A DNA stretch of 64,000 bases from Takakia lepidozioides (lineage: Eukaryota; Plantae; Bryophyta), in NCBI GenBank assembly GCA_030704615.1, contig CM060733.1, forward strand, positions 62,868,001 to 62,932,000. Direction: 5' to 3'. Shown here one piece after another: positions 13,706-26,559 of this stretch. The first letter of the stretch is position 1. Each line of letters opens with the position of its first letter. Made by a program: the position numbers and the translations under genes. Below the pieces are notes generated by a model that worked only from the letters and a program-made list of their open reading frames with translations, was not told the DNA's origin and ran no database searches.

Positions 13706-14173
13706 AGAGCTTAAGGAGAGAACTCTTGTATCACAAATCTTGCATGGTTTTGCAAGGTAAGTGCTTGTATGTGCACTAAGGGTTTGAGAGCTTGGAGAAG
13801 AGCTCTTGCATCACAAGATAAGTGTCTTGTGTGTGGAGAAGATAAACACTAGGGTTTCAAGAGCAAGCTCTAGTTGTTCATGGTGTGAAAGAGAAGCCAA
13901 AGAGCGGCACATGCTTGGGTTGGAAACACCATAGAAGGAGTACAACAAGGGTAGCTTGAGGAGCATTGAGTAGCTCAAGAGAAGCTAAGAAGTGGTTGTT
14001 CTGTCCATAGTGAAATGAAGCCAAGTGGGGTTTCATTTGGTTGACAAACAAGCAAGCTAAGGCGGCGCTAGAAGGGAGTACTTTTGCTAGTTCTATGAGT
14101 TCTTGGATTACTCTTGGTGAAGCAAGTGGTTGACCAAGCAATGGGCGCATGTGTGAAGCGAGTACTCTCCACA
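13706..14173. mobile_element. Probable LTR fragment of another retroelement that truncates the MULE copy
   Basis: Abrupt switch of sequence character at ~13706, internal duplication (gagagaactcttgtatcacaa / gaagagctcttgcatcacaa), and a ...CTCTCCACA end (TG on the minus strand). No partner LTR. Confidence 0.35.
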
Positions 14174-14710
14174 TCTACTGCCAGCTTCCAGAAAACATCT
14201 TTGTCTCTCTTTCTATCTCCCTTTCATCCCTTAGTGTGAGTGGCACAGGAACATGTTGCACATAAATGTTCAAGTAAATGGCTAATATGAAGTCAATCCC
14301 ACTACATTCTCTCCAAGATCTACTGGGCTGTGCAAGCCATTTATGACAGTATCGACATTAGTTTCATCCCAGGGTTCGAACCCCAGGACTGGCTCCGTCT
14401 CCCATGGGCACTGTGCCCTCGAAGATCCATCACAAGGACCATCCAATGCTTGAAATCACCCTCCCACTTTTTCTGAGGCATGTAGTGATGAGAGAACACT
14501 TGTGGTCTCACATCAATCTCGGGTGTGCTTACCCTTCATGTACTAGCAACATGGCTGAGCCCACAGCTATGGTCGAGAGAGACCCAATAAAGTACTGAAT
14601 GTAGATGCATCTTGCTTCATTGTGACCTTAGAGTTTACAGCTTGATGAAGAACTCCACCACATTCAGCTATCAATCCTTACCTCTGCAGGAAAGTACTTC
14701 CAGCTTCCTC

Positions 14711-17700
14711 TCACTTTGAATAGCCTGCTTGGGTCATCCAAAGAGACCACCTTGCCGCCTCCAAAAGGTTGCCATTCTTCTCAAACGCTGCAACGAGGTT
14801 AATGTAGGTCACTCTGTCAGGCATGACCCCTGACTCTTGCATCTCCTTAAGCATTTTAACTGCCTGATCTGGAAGGTCGGCATAGCCATAGGTCCTGATC
14901 AGAGTATTGTAAGTCCATCGGTCGGGTTTCAAGCCTTCTTCCTGCACATGCAGTTTGTCCACAGAATTGGACATGGCTGTTATGAATGGGTGCCCCAAAA
15001 CTGTCATGGAAATAGGAAATGCCATGGGCTGATGGCGTGGAGAGGCTTGATGAACATTCTGCTTGAATCTGGTTAAGAATGTAAGAAGGATCTAGATTAC
15101 TGTGATTACATCTCTTGTGATGCATTTGATGGCATAAGCATTGCACAAGCATCAAGTATGAAGCCAAAACTCAGAAAAGGGAAGCCCATCACAAGCACCC
15201 ATTCACTCCAGTGAGTGCACGCAGGAAGAAGAGAAGGTGAAGAAACCTCCAAATCTGTAGAAAAAGACCCTACACAAAACTTGACAATTTGAGGCTGAAG
15301 TGGTTTAGGAAATCCTTATCTCAAAATGGAAAGCACGGGTTCAGTCCTTGTGAGAGCTGGACCTGTGATTCCACCCACCTTTAAGCTTCAATCTTGCAGC
15401 ATTACTCATCAAGATCTAGAAAGGATTAAGAATACCTACTTGCATTTTTGCGAATGCTCTTTCCATCTTTTCCAACAGCCCTTTCCTTCCATAGATGTTG
15501 ATGAGAATATTATACGTAGAAAGGTCGCAACTAAACCCTGCCTTAGCCATACGCTCCAGCACATCTTCAAGCTTATCAAGAAGGCTAGCTTTCCCATATG
15601 AGTCTAGCATTGAATTGAAAGCTTCCAATGAGCCTCCAAACCCTGCATTTTGCATCTCCCAGAGTGTGGCCTCCATTTTTGGAAAGTCTTGTCGCTTGCC
15701 ATATGCGTCGATTAGCGTGCTGTAACTAATCTTATCTGCAGCACCCTGACTTTGTGCAAGCTTCAATGCATTACGGGCTCTGTCAAGCATACCAGCTTTT
15801 CCATAAAGATCAATCATCACATTGAAAGTGATGGTGTTAGCTGCAAACCCTCCGTCCACCATGTCTTGAAAAACTCGGGACGTCTCGTCCAGTGGCAATG
15901 CCCTACCACAGCAATTGATCACGCAGTTGCACATGACCTCATCCAATTTGATACCAGCATTCCTCATCTTCCAATATACCTCCACAGCTTGCTGTGGAAG
16001 GTTGCATTTCTGGTACAATCTTAGCATGGAATGGAAAGTATAAGAATCAGGGAGCAGCTCTTCTCGTTCTTCCATAGTTTTGAAAATCCTAGCAGCCTCC
16101 TGATGCATGTCTGCCCTCATATACACATTTATCATCACATTATGTGCTACTTTGTCTGGTTTTTGCCTTGAAGACCTGATCTCATTGAACAAACTCTCTG
16201 CCTCGGCAACCGCACCCTTCAAGCCAAAGACATTTATCATTGTGCAGAGGCTCTCCATGCTTGGAGTAACACCTGCAGCTTGCATTTCTGTGAACACTTT
16301 AACTGCATCTTCATACATCCCCGCATCTTTACAGGAACAGATGAGGCTGCGACACATGTACTCCTTAGGTGCAATCTCTGCTTTCCGCAAAGCATAGAAG
16401 GTTTGCAAAGCTTCTTGCTGTAGGTTGCATTTCAAATACACATGTAGCAGAGTTCCGTAACTTGTAACATCTGGAGACCAGCCTGCCTCCCTCAACAAAC
16501 CCAGCACTTGTGTCACTTTCTTCGTCTTCCCAGCCCTTTCATAAGCTTTAACAGCTGCCTCGAGTGCCTGCGAATCAGGCCTGCACTCCAATTTCTTCAT
16601 GTCAGAGACAACTCGCAAAACTCCAACTACATTTCGCGCTTTCCCATAAAGGTTAATAAGAGTGTTGTAGTTGGATGGGGTAGGCCGGATGTCTCGCATT
16701 TTCATCTCATCGAAAAAACGCAGGGCGTCCTTCAGCTTCCCTGATCTGCCACAAGCACCAATCATGCAACTGTAAGTGACCTCATCAGGCTGAATTTCAG
16801 CTTCCTGGAGCTTTGCAAACAACCCAGCTGCACTCTCATATAAGCCAGCTTTTCCATAAGCAGTAATCATGGAGTTGTAGCCCACAATTCCCAGTGATAT
16901 CCCTGCGTCTTGCATCACCTCCATCACCTTCTCAGCCTCCGCAATCTTCCCCTGCTGTCCATAGGCATTGAGCTGCTTGAGCCAGTTGTCTCTGTCTGGG
17001 ACGACATGTTTTGACCGCATGTCCTCCATAACTTGCTCTGCCTTTTCATACATTCCCCCTCGGGTATATAGGGTGATCATAGCAGAATAAGCACCACAAG
17101 ATTCAACTCCAGCAGCCTGCATGTGTTGATACACAGATTCTGCCTCTAGCACTTTTCCGAACCTTTGATAGAGGGTTATGAGCATGTCATACGTGACGTT
17201 ATTTGGTGATATGCCCTTCTTCAACATCGCATGAAAACACTTTATGGCATACTCACTGTATCTAGCCTTCCCTGCCCAGTGGATAAGTGTATTGTACGTG
17301 TAGTAATCTGCCTCACAGTCATCGGCCGCCATCTCTTCCAACAGGTTGTCGATTCTCGACCAGTTCTGCTTCTGGCCAAGCACTTTATATATGATATTGT
17401 ATGCATACACATTGGATCTTGTCTTTCCATTGCGCCTCATCCATTCAAAAAACTCAATAGACCTGTCTGAATTCTTCAGTGCATTCAGAACCCGAGTCAT
17501 GTCCCGAGGGGTCAGCTTCAGACCAGAACTCGCCAAGGCCACCTCAAAATCGCCTCCCGGTGGTAGACAATCAACAGAAACAGCCAGTTCGTCCAGCTTA
17601 TCTATAAGTTTCAATCCAGAAGTCGGCCCAGAGCTATCCCTCTTTGATGTCTCCACTCTTTTCTTCTTCTGATGAACACCAGGAAGCACCTCATTTCCAT

Positions 17701-18238
17701 TACTATTTCCCAGTTTGCTGCTGAGTCTCTCGTCCTCGCTCCTGGCCGTAATCCCCTCAACCATCTGACCAGCTTCAATCTGACTACTGTTTCTGGAAAT
17801 TTTCAACCCGTCCGGTTGTTCCTTTTCCTCTACGACCTTCACAGAATTTTCGACGTCTCCGGACCTCTTCCCGTCACTTGTATCATCAGCTGTTACATTA
17901 AAATTTCCATCACTGATCTCTTGAGGCACCGCAGGTTCATTGTCAGCGTCATGAAGCACCCTGGACTCACTTGTACCAACGTCCTCGGCTCTATCCTCCA
18001 AAATGAGGTCAGAAACGCTCTGCAAATCCCTCCATTTTACAGAAACGCTGTGCACTAAAGTGCACCTAGCGAGTTTTTGCGAAGCTGGAGGATTCAAGGA
18101 ACAGCGATGTCTGGCTCTGGAAACACACGAGTGACTGGTTGAGGGGAAAAAGTCATGCAAGTTATGAGAGAAGAGAGCAGTGCTGCATCTGCTTACCTCC
18201 CCCACACCCAACAGCATGCCCCCTCCGCTGCTCACCAT
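14711..18238 (-). CDS. BFA2: Plastid-targeted P-class pentatricopeptide repeat protein, BFA2/At4g30825-like; exons 18238-15440 and 14941-14711
   Basis: About 20 tandem 35-aa P repeats after a Ser-rich transit-peptide-like N-terminus. Diagnostic segments 'CCGRALPLDE..F..M...GF..NTITFNV' and C-terminal 'LEAARWSLWMTQAG' recalled from At4g30825. One GT-AG intron. Confidence 0.85.
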
Positions 18239-18780
18239 CACCCCCACTATCACCCGATGCTAGCCCTCATGCAATGGTCATCAGAAATGACCCGAATTGG
18301 AGCTGCAGAAAGGCTTTCCAAACCCAATTTGAAGAAGCTCATGCAAAACTTCCTTATAAAACGGAAATGTGGGTCTAGAGGGATCTTGGAAAAGCTACTA
18401 AACCCAGCTTTTCTTTCCCCTGCAAGCATGGATGGCTGCGCGGGAAGCCGAGGCTGAGGCGTAGAACCGGTAAGCTGAGAGACACGAGAGGGAGGAGAAC
18501 TGTGAGAGAGATCGCTAGATAAAGAGATAACAGAAGTTTGCAGCCGCTCCTTGTGGATTGTGGACGAATTTCTCATGTATTCATCCTCGTATCATCCTTA
18601 ACCGTATCTGGGACTGCTGGCTTGCGCTTCTTTGTGAGTCGCTTGCTCTTCGCTGCACAGGGGCCTTTGGGCTCTGTCAAGTTGCTGGCTTTGTGGGCAC
18701 TGCAGTATCTCTCTGGGACTGGGGTGTTTCTGGCATTGTGGGTGTTGTGGAGTGCGGCCCCAGAGTGGAGCATCCAAAGC
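18239..18780. promoter_or_regulatory. Putative bidirectional promoter/5'UTR region between the PPR gene and OTU1
   Basis: Divergent start codons only 542 bp apart; GA-rich tract at 18476-18530. Confidence 0.55.
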
Positions 18781-21700
18781 ATGGCCACCGATGCGGCAGG
18801 GGAGGAGGATAGGCCGCGTGATGATGAGATTCTTGCCTACCATAATCAAGTCAGGGCTGCCGATGCCGAGAAGCTGGGATTAGTAGGCGACAAGGCATGT
18901 CTCTCTCACCCTCTTCTGTAAAGTTAGATGGCTCGTGGTCTGCAAGTCTAGGGGAGCAATGTCGGCTGCACTTACCTGCCTGTCTATGTGTGTGGCCCTG
19001 ACTTATGGGTTTGTTAGAACCTTGCAGTCAGGCTCAAATATTATGCCCTTGTGACTCTTTTCTTGCCGTGCATTGACTCTGGCTTTGGCTTTCCAGCGTC
19101 TTCCGCCTTACCGGACGGACTTTCCACTTGAAGGAAAATGCTTCTCAGATACAATGTACGACCTTCTGAAAGATGATTATATTTTTTGTGAAAAATGCGC
19201 CGCTTCTCTTGTCTCGAACGAGACAGTTTTGCGTTCAAATTAGCAGATGAGAGCTGGATCCTCGGTGCATTCCATCAATTAGGAGTTGCTTTCCAAGCGG
19301 ATTGTGAAATAGGGGCAGAACAAATTAGACGATCTGTAGTCACCTCCCGGAAATCAGATTTACTTTCTGTCTAAGGGTTGCTGGAACAACTTTAGACTGA
19401 TTAATAACTGCCAGGTGACTCAACAACTCTTTCCTGAGAAAATGATTAGTGTACTTAATCTATGGGTGAGTGCTCCTTGAATCCAGGTGCTACATCCTCT
19501 TCTCCAGTTTGTCTCAGGAACCTCAATATGTACTACAGTGGTTTCAGAACTTTCGTAGTGGAATTCATTGCTGAAACCTAGGTTTTTAGGTCTAGCTGTT
19601 GTCTGCAACCACAAACCAGGAATCCGACTCACTTTCAGGCTAAAGGTGGCTGCAACAATTCTAGATTGGTAAGTATATCAGCAGAACAACCAGACAACAG
19701 CCACAGGCCCACCATAAGTTTGCATGCATTTCTCAACATTTGATTTGTGAACTCTTCAAGTCTGTGGTGGGCATTCCTGGAATCCTGGTGCTACAATTCT
19801 GTCCTCCAGAACCCTCAATCTCTTCAGTAAAGTGGAAGAGGGAAAGCTGTATGTGAATTTCATTTCTGAAACCTAGGTTTCAAGTATATGTATTGTCTAT
19901 AAGCACCAACCGGGAACCAGATCCACTGTCAGTCTAAGGTTGGCTGAAACAATCAGGACTGATGAGCAGCTGACAGATCTCCATAAGGGCAATAAGGCTG
20001 CAGTCATTCCTCATCAAATAATATGTAAACTAATGTTTCTCAGGCCGAGGATGGGTGGTCCTCGATTCCCAGTTTTACAATGCTTCCCTCCTGTTCATCT
20101 CCAGACCCTGGATTGGGAAAGTTGTACATGAAATTGACTGTTGATACATACGTTTTAAGTAGCTGTGTAGTCTGTAACCACTAACTTGGCACCAGATTCA
20201 GTGTTGGTCTAAGGGTGGCCAATCGACTTCAGATTGATTAGTAAAGGTCAGGCCTGCCGGGAATTTGTCTGTATTCATTCCTCATCAAATGACTTGTGAA
20301 TTGTTATTGTCGGTGGATGGTTGTTCCTTGAATCCAGGTACTAGAATCTACAGAGCCTCAATCCCACATGAATTGGATAAATTTCTGTAGGAAATGCATT
20401 GCTGAAACCTAGGTTGTAAGGAGTGTTGGCCTTTGTGTTGGCAAGTAGGTACGTTCTGATCAGAAGTCAGGGTGTGGCCCTGTAGGATTACCCAAGTGGA
20501 GATTAGCTCTTGGGTGTTTCACAGTGCAACCTTGGTCCAGCTTTTGATATGGGCACTGGATCTGTTGTTAGAACCCCAAATAGTAAAATCCGATTTACTT
20601 GTGGACTTTCTTGTAAGCAAGTGGGATATGACTGTGGTGACCATGTTTTGAAATAGTCCAAGCTTATCCATCAAAAAAGTGTAGTGATTTGGTCAAGTCC
20701 AAGAAGAAAGAATCAATCATGAAAGACAAGATGACTTCTTATGATGGATTCCCATTTGATGCAGGAGCCTCTGGCTGTGCTGGCAGCTGAGTATGAATTG
20801 GGGAGCCCTGTTTTTATAGCAAAAGTTGAGGTATGGCTGACATTTACTCTACTTGACCTCATAATTGAGGGTTCCCTAGGGCTACTAGGGGAATATTAGG
20901 AGGAATGGGCGAGGTGTTTCCAGGACAAAGACCTCATATTTGCTGCCTCGTCAATATTGGGTAGTGGTATCCTTTTACTGAGGCACCCACTTTATATCCC
21001 TGATACTTCTCAGTTTCTGCCTGTGCAAAACTGATGTTCATGGCATCCTAAGTATCGCCTTACTAACAGGAGGCAGTGGAGTTCACTCCCCACAAAGCTA
21101 CTTCATTATTGAAGGTCTCTGTTCACCAGATTGTGAACAGTTAGGCCAATTTTTAGAATGATAAATATTCTTAGCTCAAATCAACTGAAATGCCGTCACT
21201 AATGGACCAAAGGGGCAGCTCATGGGATATAGGAGTCACCACTGCACACCTGGAATGTCTCCTAATGGTAGCCTCTTATATCAGATACTGGACTCTTCAG
21301 GAAGGCTTTAATCGGTCATCATCACATATTTGGATTCTCTAAACTCTTCATGCTGACAGAAACTGGGAGAGACATATGGGGCCATCCGACGTGCTCGCGG
21401 CGATGGGAATTGTTTCTTCCGAAGTTTTATGTTCTCTTACCTGGTATGTTCTGTCCCAAGGATGCCTAAATTTTCAATCCTTCTGCAGGAGTTTGTCAGC
21501 TTTTTTGAATTCATAGCAAGCTTTTCCCCCCAGTACTCCTTTGCATTCTGGAAAGCCGATAACTTGGGAACTGAAGACAGTTTGTATCTTAACAATTCAT
21601 TAAGAAGCGCTGGCCTATACAAATAGGTAAGCTCACACTTGGAAAGAATTTTAAACCTATGGGGAGGCAGTGCCTCTGACTCCAGTCAACCTGATATTTT

Positions 21701-23512
21701 CTCATGTATCTAGATATCTGTCTTGAAGAAGCTCTGTCCTGTGTTCTGTTAATCAGTGGAATATTATTAATATCCTGCTGGAGCAGGAGCATTTGTTAGT
21801 TACACAAGATCAAGCTGAGGAAGCACGTATGGACAGGAGTATTGCACAGTGCAAGAAGACGCTCATTGATCTTGGCCATGCCGAGTTCACATTTGAAGAT
21901 TTTCTCACGGTGCGAGGTTCTTACACAGTAACATCAGTAGTGTGTGTTTGTTAGCAGAGAAATAGAAACGATGTCTACATTGTAGCTGTAAAGTTGGCAA
22001 CTTAACTGCTTGTCAAATAGCCAAAGGCTAATTTCAATAGGGCTTTGTTAAATTGTACTCTGATCTTTGTAAATGAGTACATGTTTACTAGGATCCTATG
22101 CCTTCTTTCAGATCTTTGCAGAGCAGGTGCATTGTGTCATCCAAGGCCGTGAAACTTCAATCAGGTATTGTATTGATGTTAGCTGCTACTATTCTTCGGA
22201 ACATCCCTGATTCTCTCAGAGAAGTAGTGGTCTCATGCTGAGTTTTGGCAATTCTAGAAGGGACAAAGGTGCTGATTATAGGAATGGTCGCAGTTGTTTG
22301 CTAAATTTTATGACGTGGAAGGACAGCCATATTCTGCTAAACACAAGAATATGCCTATGTGAGCCTAAGAGTGAGGTTAGGTAGAATGTGCCTGATGATG
22401 TAGAACTTGTGATGTACAATAAAACCTCGACCTGGGAGTGTACACACTCCCAGTAGATGCATCCAGATTGAGTACTAGGTTAGTTGTCTGTCTTTTCTAT
22501 TCAGTGTTTATTGAGGTTGACATTTGTCTGCTACTTTGTGGGGCAGTCTCAAGACACTAGTGGAACGCTGCCGGGACCAATATGTGTCCAATTATGGTGA
22601 GTGAGACTTGACCACTGGCTTCACAACAAGTTTTTTCCAGATGTGTCAGCCTCGAAGCTGTGGATGATCCCGGCATTACTAGTGAACTCAGTAGTCGTTG
22701 TGAAGGCTGCTGCAGGTGTCTTGAAGCTCACCTGCAGTCGCACCTAGTGCATGCTGTTGACTTCATTCTATTGTTTGATCATCTTCAACCTATTTGGCAA
22801 GTGCTTAACTTTGTTGGATGTTGGCTGTCATTACGTCTCATTAAACCACTGGCTTCCTGTGTGTCGCAGTTTATTACAAGATATGAATCAGATGATGTGG
22901 CAGGAGTTTGGCTCGGAATATTCCTTCTGCTGATATCAATATTGTTTCGTACAGGTGTTTGTGTAGTTGATAAACTTCTTTGATTATCTATGCTTTAACT
23001 AGCTGCTTCATAGGATGTGGGGTTTAGTGGTGATGTTTTTCAGATTTGTAACATCTGGGGAAATACGCCGGCGATCCGACTTTTTTGAACCTTTCATTCT
23101 GGGAATGAGCAATCTTAACGTTGTGCAGGTCTGTGCTTCCCTGCCCTCACCTATCCTTTTTCTGTTGTTCCTATGAGTTGCAACATCTTCACAATCACAA
23201 TCAAGATACCGTAGCAGTGTCTCTCTCTGGTTAGTCCTCTTTATACCTTCTCTCCTGTTGGTTCAGTTTTGCAGAGCTGCAGTGGAGCCAATGGGGGAAG
23301 AGAGTGATCACGTCCACATAACAGCGCTGTCAGATGCCTTGGGTGTGCCAGTGCGCGTGGTTTATCTGGACAGAAGTGGTGATGTTGATGGTGGAATTGC
23401 TGAAGTCAATCACCATGATTTTGTACCTTCTGGTAGTCCTGATACTGCAGTTTTGCCCTTTGTAGTCTTACTCTACCGTCCAGGCCACTATGACATTTTG
23501 TACGCAAAGTAG
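18781..23512 (+). CDS. OTU1: Otubain-family deubiquitinase (peptidase C65); 8 exons: 18781-18894, 20765-20830, 21360-21443, 21787-21909, 22112-22164, 22547-22596, ~23028-23128, ~23267-23512
   Basis: Spliced translation gives 'VGDK|EPLAVLAAEY', catalytic 'RRARGDGNCFFRSFMFSYL', 'VEPMGEESDHVHITALSDALG' and 'LLYRPGHYDILY'. The first intron has a GC donor. Confidence 0.92.
19380..20420. repeat. Degenerate ~280-300-bp tandem repeat (3-4 units) in OTU1 intron 1
   Basis: Recurring motifs gaatcc(a/t)ggt(g/a)cta (~19480, ~19780, ~20330) and ctgaaacctagg (~19571, ~19866, ~20402). Confidence 0.5.
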
Positions 23513-24829
23513 CCTTCCTCAAACTGCGAGTTATCAGTCCATCTGAAAATGCAGTAGGCCAAACGGGCCTACAGGAGGAGACAAGGGTTACAATTATTTG
23601 AAGTGCAAACAGAGGAGCCCTTTGAAGGAGAGAGCATGACGTGCCAACTTGACCACTCAGGGTCATTTCAACTCTGCATTCTCCGTGGATCTAAACACCC
23701 CTTTGATGATCTCAAATGCCACAGCATATCTTGATGCCTGCACTGCTTCAGGGACTAGGATAGTAAAACTGATTAAAGCCATGGGGAGTACAAGAGGGTG
23801 GCTGTGTACTACGATTGTTTTGAAAGGGGGGAGTGACAAGCCGAGCTGATGATGACTGTTTTTGCTGTTGTTTGCTAGCCTTGACCGGCTGTTACGCAAA
23901 TGTTTGAGTGGAATTACCAGAGCTTTTGCATCCACCCCTAACAACTCTGCCTGACACCACTTTGCAGCAGTCATGATTCTGTGAAAAACAACATCACCCG
24001 AAAAACCAACGATCAACATCATTGCAATAGGATGATTTTTGCTTCTCATCTTTTGTGTGATCTCAAAAATAAAACCATGGGCTTTGGGGCACTTTGATTA
24101 ACGTTCTTGTGTTTCACTTTTCTTCCTGGCATAATTGGCTCTCATAAGCTCGAGAAAGAGATGATGGGAATGATCCCTCTAGCTTGCATTATTATATCGC
24201 TTGAAAATAGTAGGGTCTTCAGTTTAGTATTGGGGAAGGCTCTTCCAGGGAGTTTGAGGTTGCAAGAGGGCTACAGAAACGGGTACCATACAGCTTTGAA
24301 TTCCTCGCCAGCCCTGCAGACTCATCTTTAGGTGGAGACTTTAAAACATGTTCGGACTTGGGAATCACTTAAGTACCGATTCATCTCTATGAAGAGTCAT
24401 GTGTGATGTTGTCAAGAAGAAACTTGGAATGAATGCAGCTGTAACGGGGAATTCAGTCATACCTAGTTCCATCCAATATGCCATGCACTAGATCTCAGCT
24501 GATGGTTTCATGTTGGTGGTGGCTAATACGGAATTCAGAATATGGCAGTCTCAGAGGACCTAATATCAAACGCTTTACATTAAATAGGATTGTTCATATT
24601 GTTTGCGACGGTGTTTCTCCGATGTTTCCCCGTCGACATGAATTTGATCATTGTCAAACTTTGCGGGTATGTTGAACACACGCATATACAAAGGCTGACT
24701 AAATGACAAATATGATATCAACGAAGTTATGACAGGCATTGTCAGGACTCAGTTTGAACTTTGAAAATGACATACAATCTTTTGGATTGGGAACGGAAAC
24801 GTTCACCATGCAACAAAATTATCGTAATA

Positions 24830-25120
24830 GGCCCATAAGCGCTCCAACATAGTTGGGTGCAGAACGTGCAGGCTTTGAATCCATTGTTTGAAGAGACGTC
24901 GTTGTTTTCCATTGCATGGAAACAAGGACGAGCAAACGGCTTTGAAGTTCCAAAAGGTGTTGCCCTCCAAGGTCAAGTAAGACTGAAATTAATGTCCCAA
25001 CAACTTTCTCCATTACACAACACCACATAAAAGGATGAGGGGAAACAACGACATTTCTCCAAACAATGGATTGAAAGCCTGCGCGTTCTGCACCCAGCTG
25101 TGTTGGAGCGCTCATGGGCC
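24830..25120. mobile_element. 291-bp MITE with ~80-bp TIRs, flanked by TA
   Basis: ggcccataagcgctccaacatagttgggtgcagaacg...gtcgttgttttcc (24830-24910) is an imperfect reverse complement of 25041-25120. TA on both sides. Confidence 0.75.
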
Positions 25121-26559
25121 TACATCGATAAATTAGTTTCCACACTGAACAAACCGTTCCCCATCCAAATGATTTTATGTTGTTTCCAAACTTACTCCCA
25201 TCTAAGGGGCAAGAAAACTTGCGTCTTCTTTGGGAGTTCACGTGCTAGTGCACATCTGGCGCATGCGCGTACTATAACTGCGTTATCGAGGGGGTTGCCT
25301 TGTAGTGCAGGCTAACGCGGAAGCTACGTGCTTCTGTTCACGTACTATAATCGTGTAACCTCGGGACGAAGCCTTAGTGCGGCTTCGGCGTGTTCCCGTA
25401 CCTCAGGCCGACATCTCAAAGCGAGCCCAATTGTAGTGATTGGGGCGCACGTTTGGTTCAAGGTTATCTTCCTAGTCAAAAGGGGTTCAAGGCGAACCTT
25501 TGCTCAAGGTGATGCCAAAGCGGCATCATGAGCGGTCGCAAGTAATGTTGTTGCAGTAAGGCGATTCGATCCTCGGGGAGGATCACACCTTGGCCATAAA
25601 GAGAGTCAAGAATAGTGCACTGGGTGGAGCTTAGGAAGCTCCACCATTGGCCGTAACTTGGAGGAAGTCGGCCAAACTAGCTAGTGGAGAGTAGAGTGAA
25701 GTGGGCGTTTGGTTCTTTGTCATGGGACGCCATGGTATGGAAATAAACTCCTTGATGTGGCACGCCACAACTTGGATGTTAGTTTCCACGAAAAGGGACA
25801 AGTCGATGAGGACATCGACTCCCTGTTGATAGGGGTGTGTGTTGTGGCCCTTTGCCTTGAGGGTGGGGGGCCGGGACACAAGAGGGGCTGCCCCTGTGGT
25901 GGGGGCAGCGGCAGCAGTAGGAAAGGGGGCTGAAGCACTTGAGTATCTTTGAGGAGGCGGAGGCGCTCACTAGGTAGAGCCCCGCAAACCAGGTTGCGGT
26001 GGGGGGCTCCACGCGGGGTGGTGGTAGCTTAGGGAGTAGTAACCCAAAGAACGATGCAAGCCCGTTGGTGACCAAAAGCTAGTGAGTAAGCGTGCAAGTC
26101 GGAAAGCGACCAAGGTGTGGGGAACTGTTCCGGATTGCCAACAACCAAAGGGAATTTCCACTAGGCCCAAAGTGTGCGAGGGTTTCGTGGAGGAGCAAGG
26201 GGAGACCTTTATACCCCAGTGAGCAGCCGAAGCTCCGAGTTGGCCCGGCGGCCAACTTGGGAATTAGGCGCGCGCATCAAAGCGTATAACTATGATTTAA
26301 ATGGGGAGTTATCAGAGTGAGGTGCGCGACACAAATGCTTCAAAGCTATCCACCTGACCGCGCTACGCTCCCTCACTGCTATTATCACCAGCAAAAGATA
26401 ACTTGAATCTCATACTTCTCTGGCCTCTTGGTATACCTGCCCCCTCGTTCACGGGGTGCCATCCGGGCACCCACTAGTTTTTATAGGGCCCACCCCCGCT
26501 ACTGTGGCTCTTAGTTACGTCGGCTTCGGCCGGAGTCATCTCTCTTTGGATCATGTGGG

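Noticed and set aside
24486-26476. Left CACTA TIR matching the 45959 end
   Set aside because: CACTAG at ~24486 and ~26472 is not followed by AAGAAAA or by subterminal repeats.
26440-26478. Helitron 3' end (GGGTGCC...GGCACCC hairpin followed by CTAG-T)
   Set aside because: The hairpin is unusually close to CTAG, and there is no identifiable 5' TC end or Rep/helicase. 25200-26480 remains unassigned.
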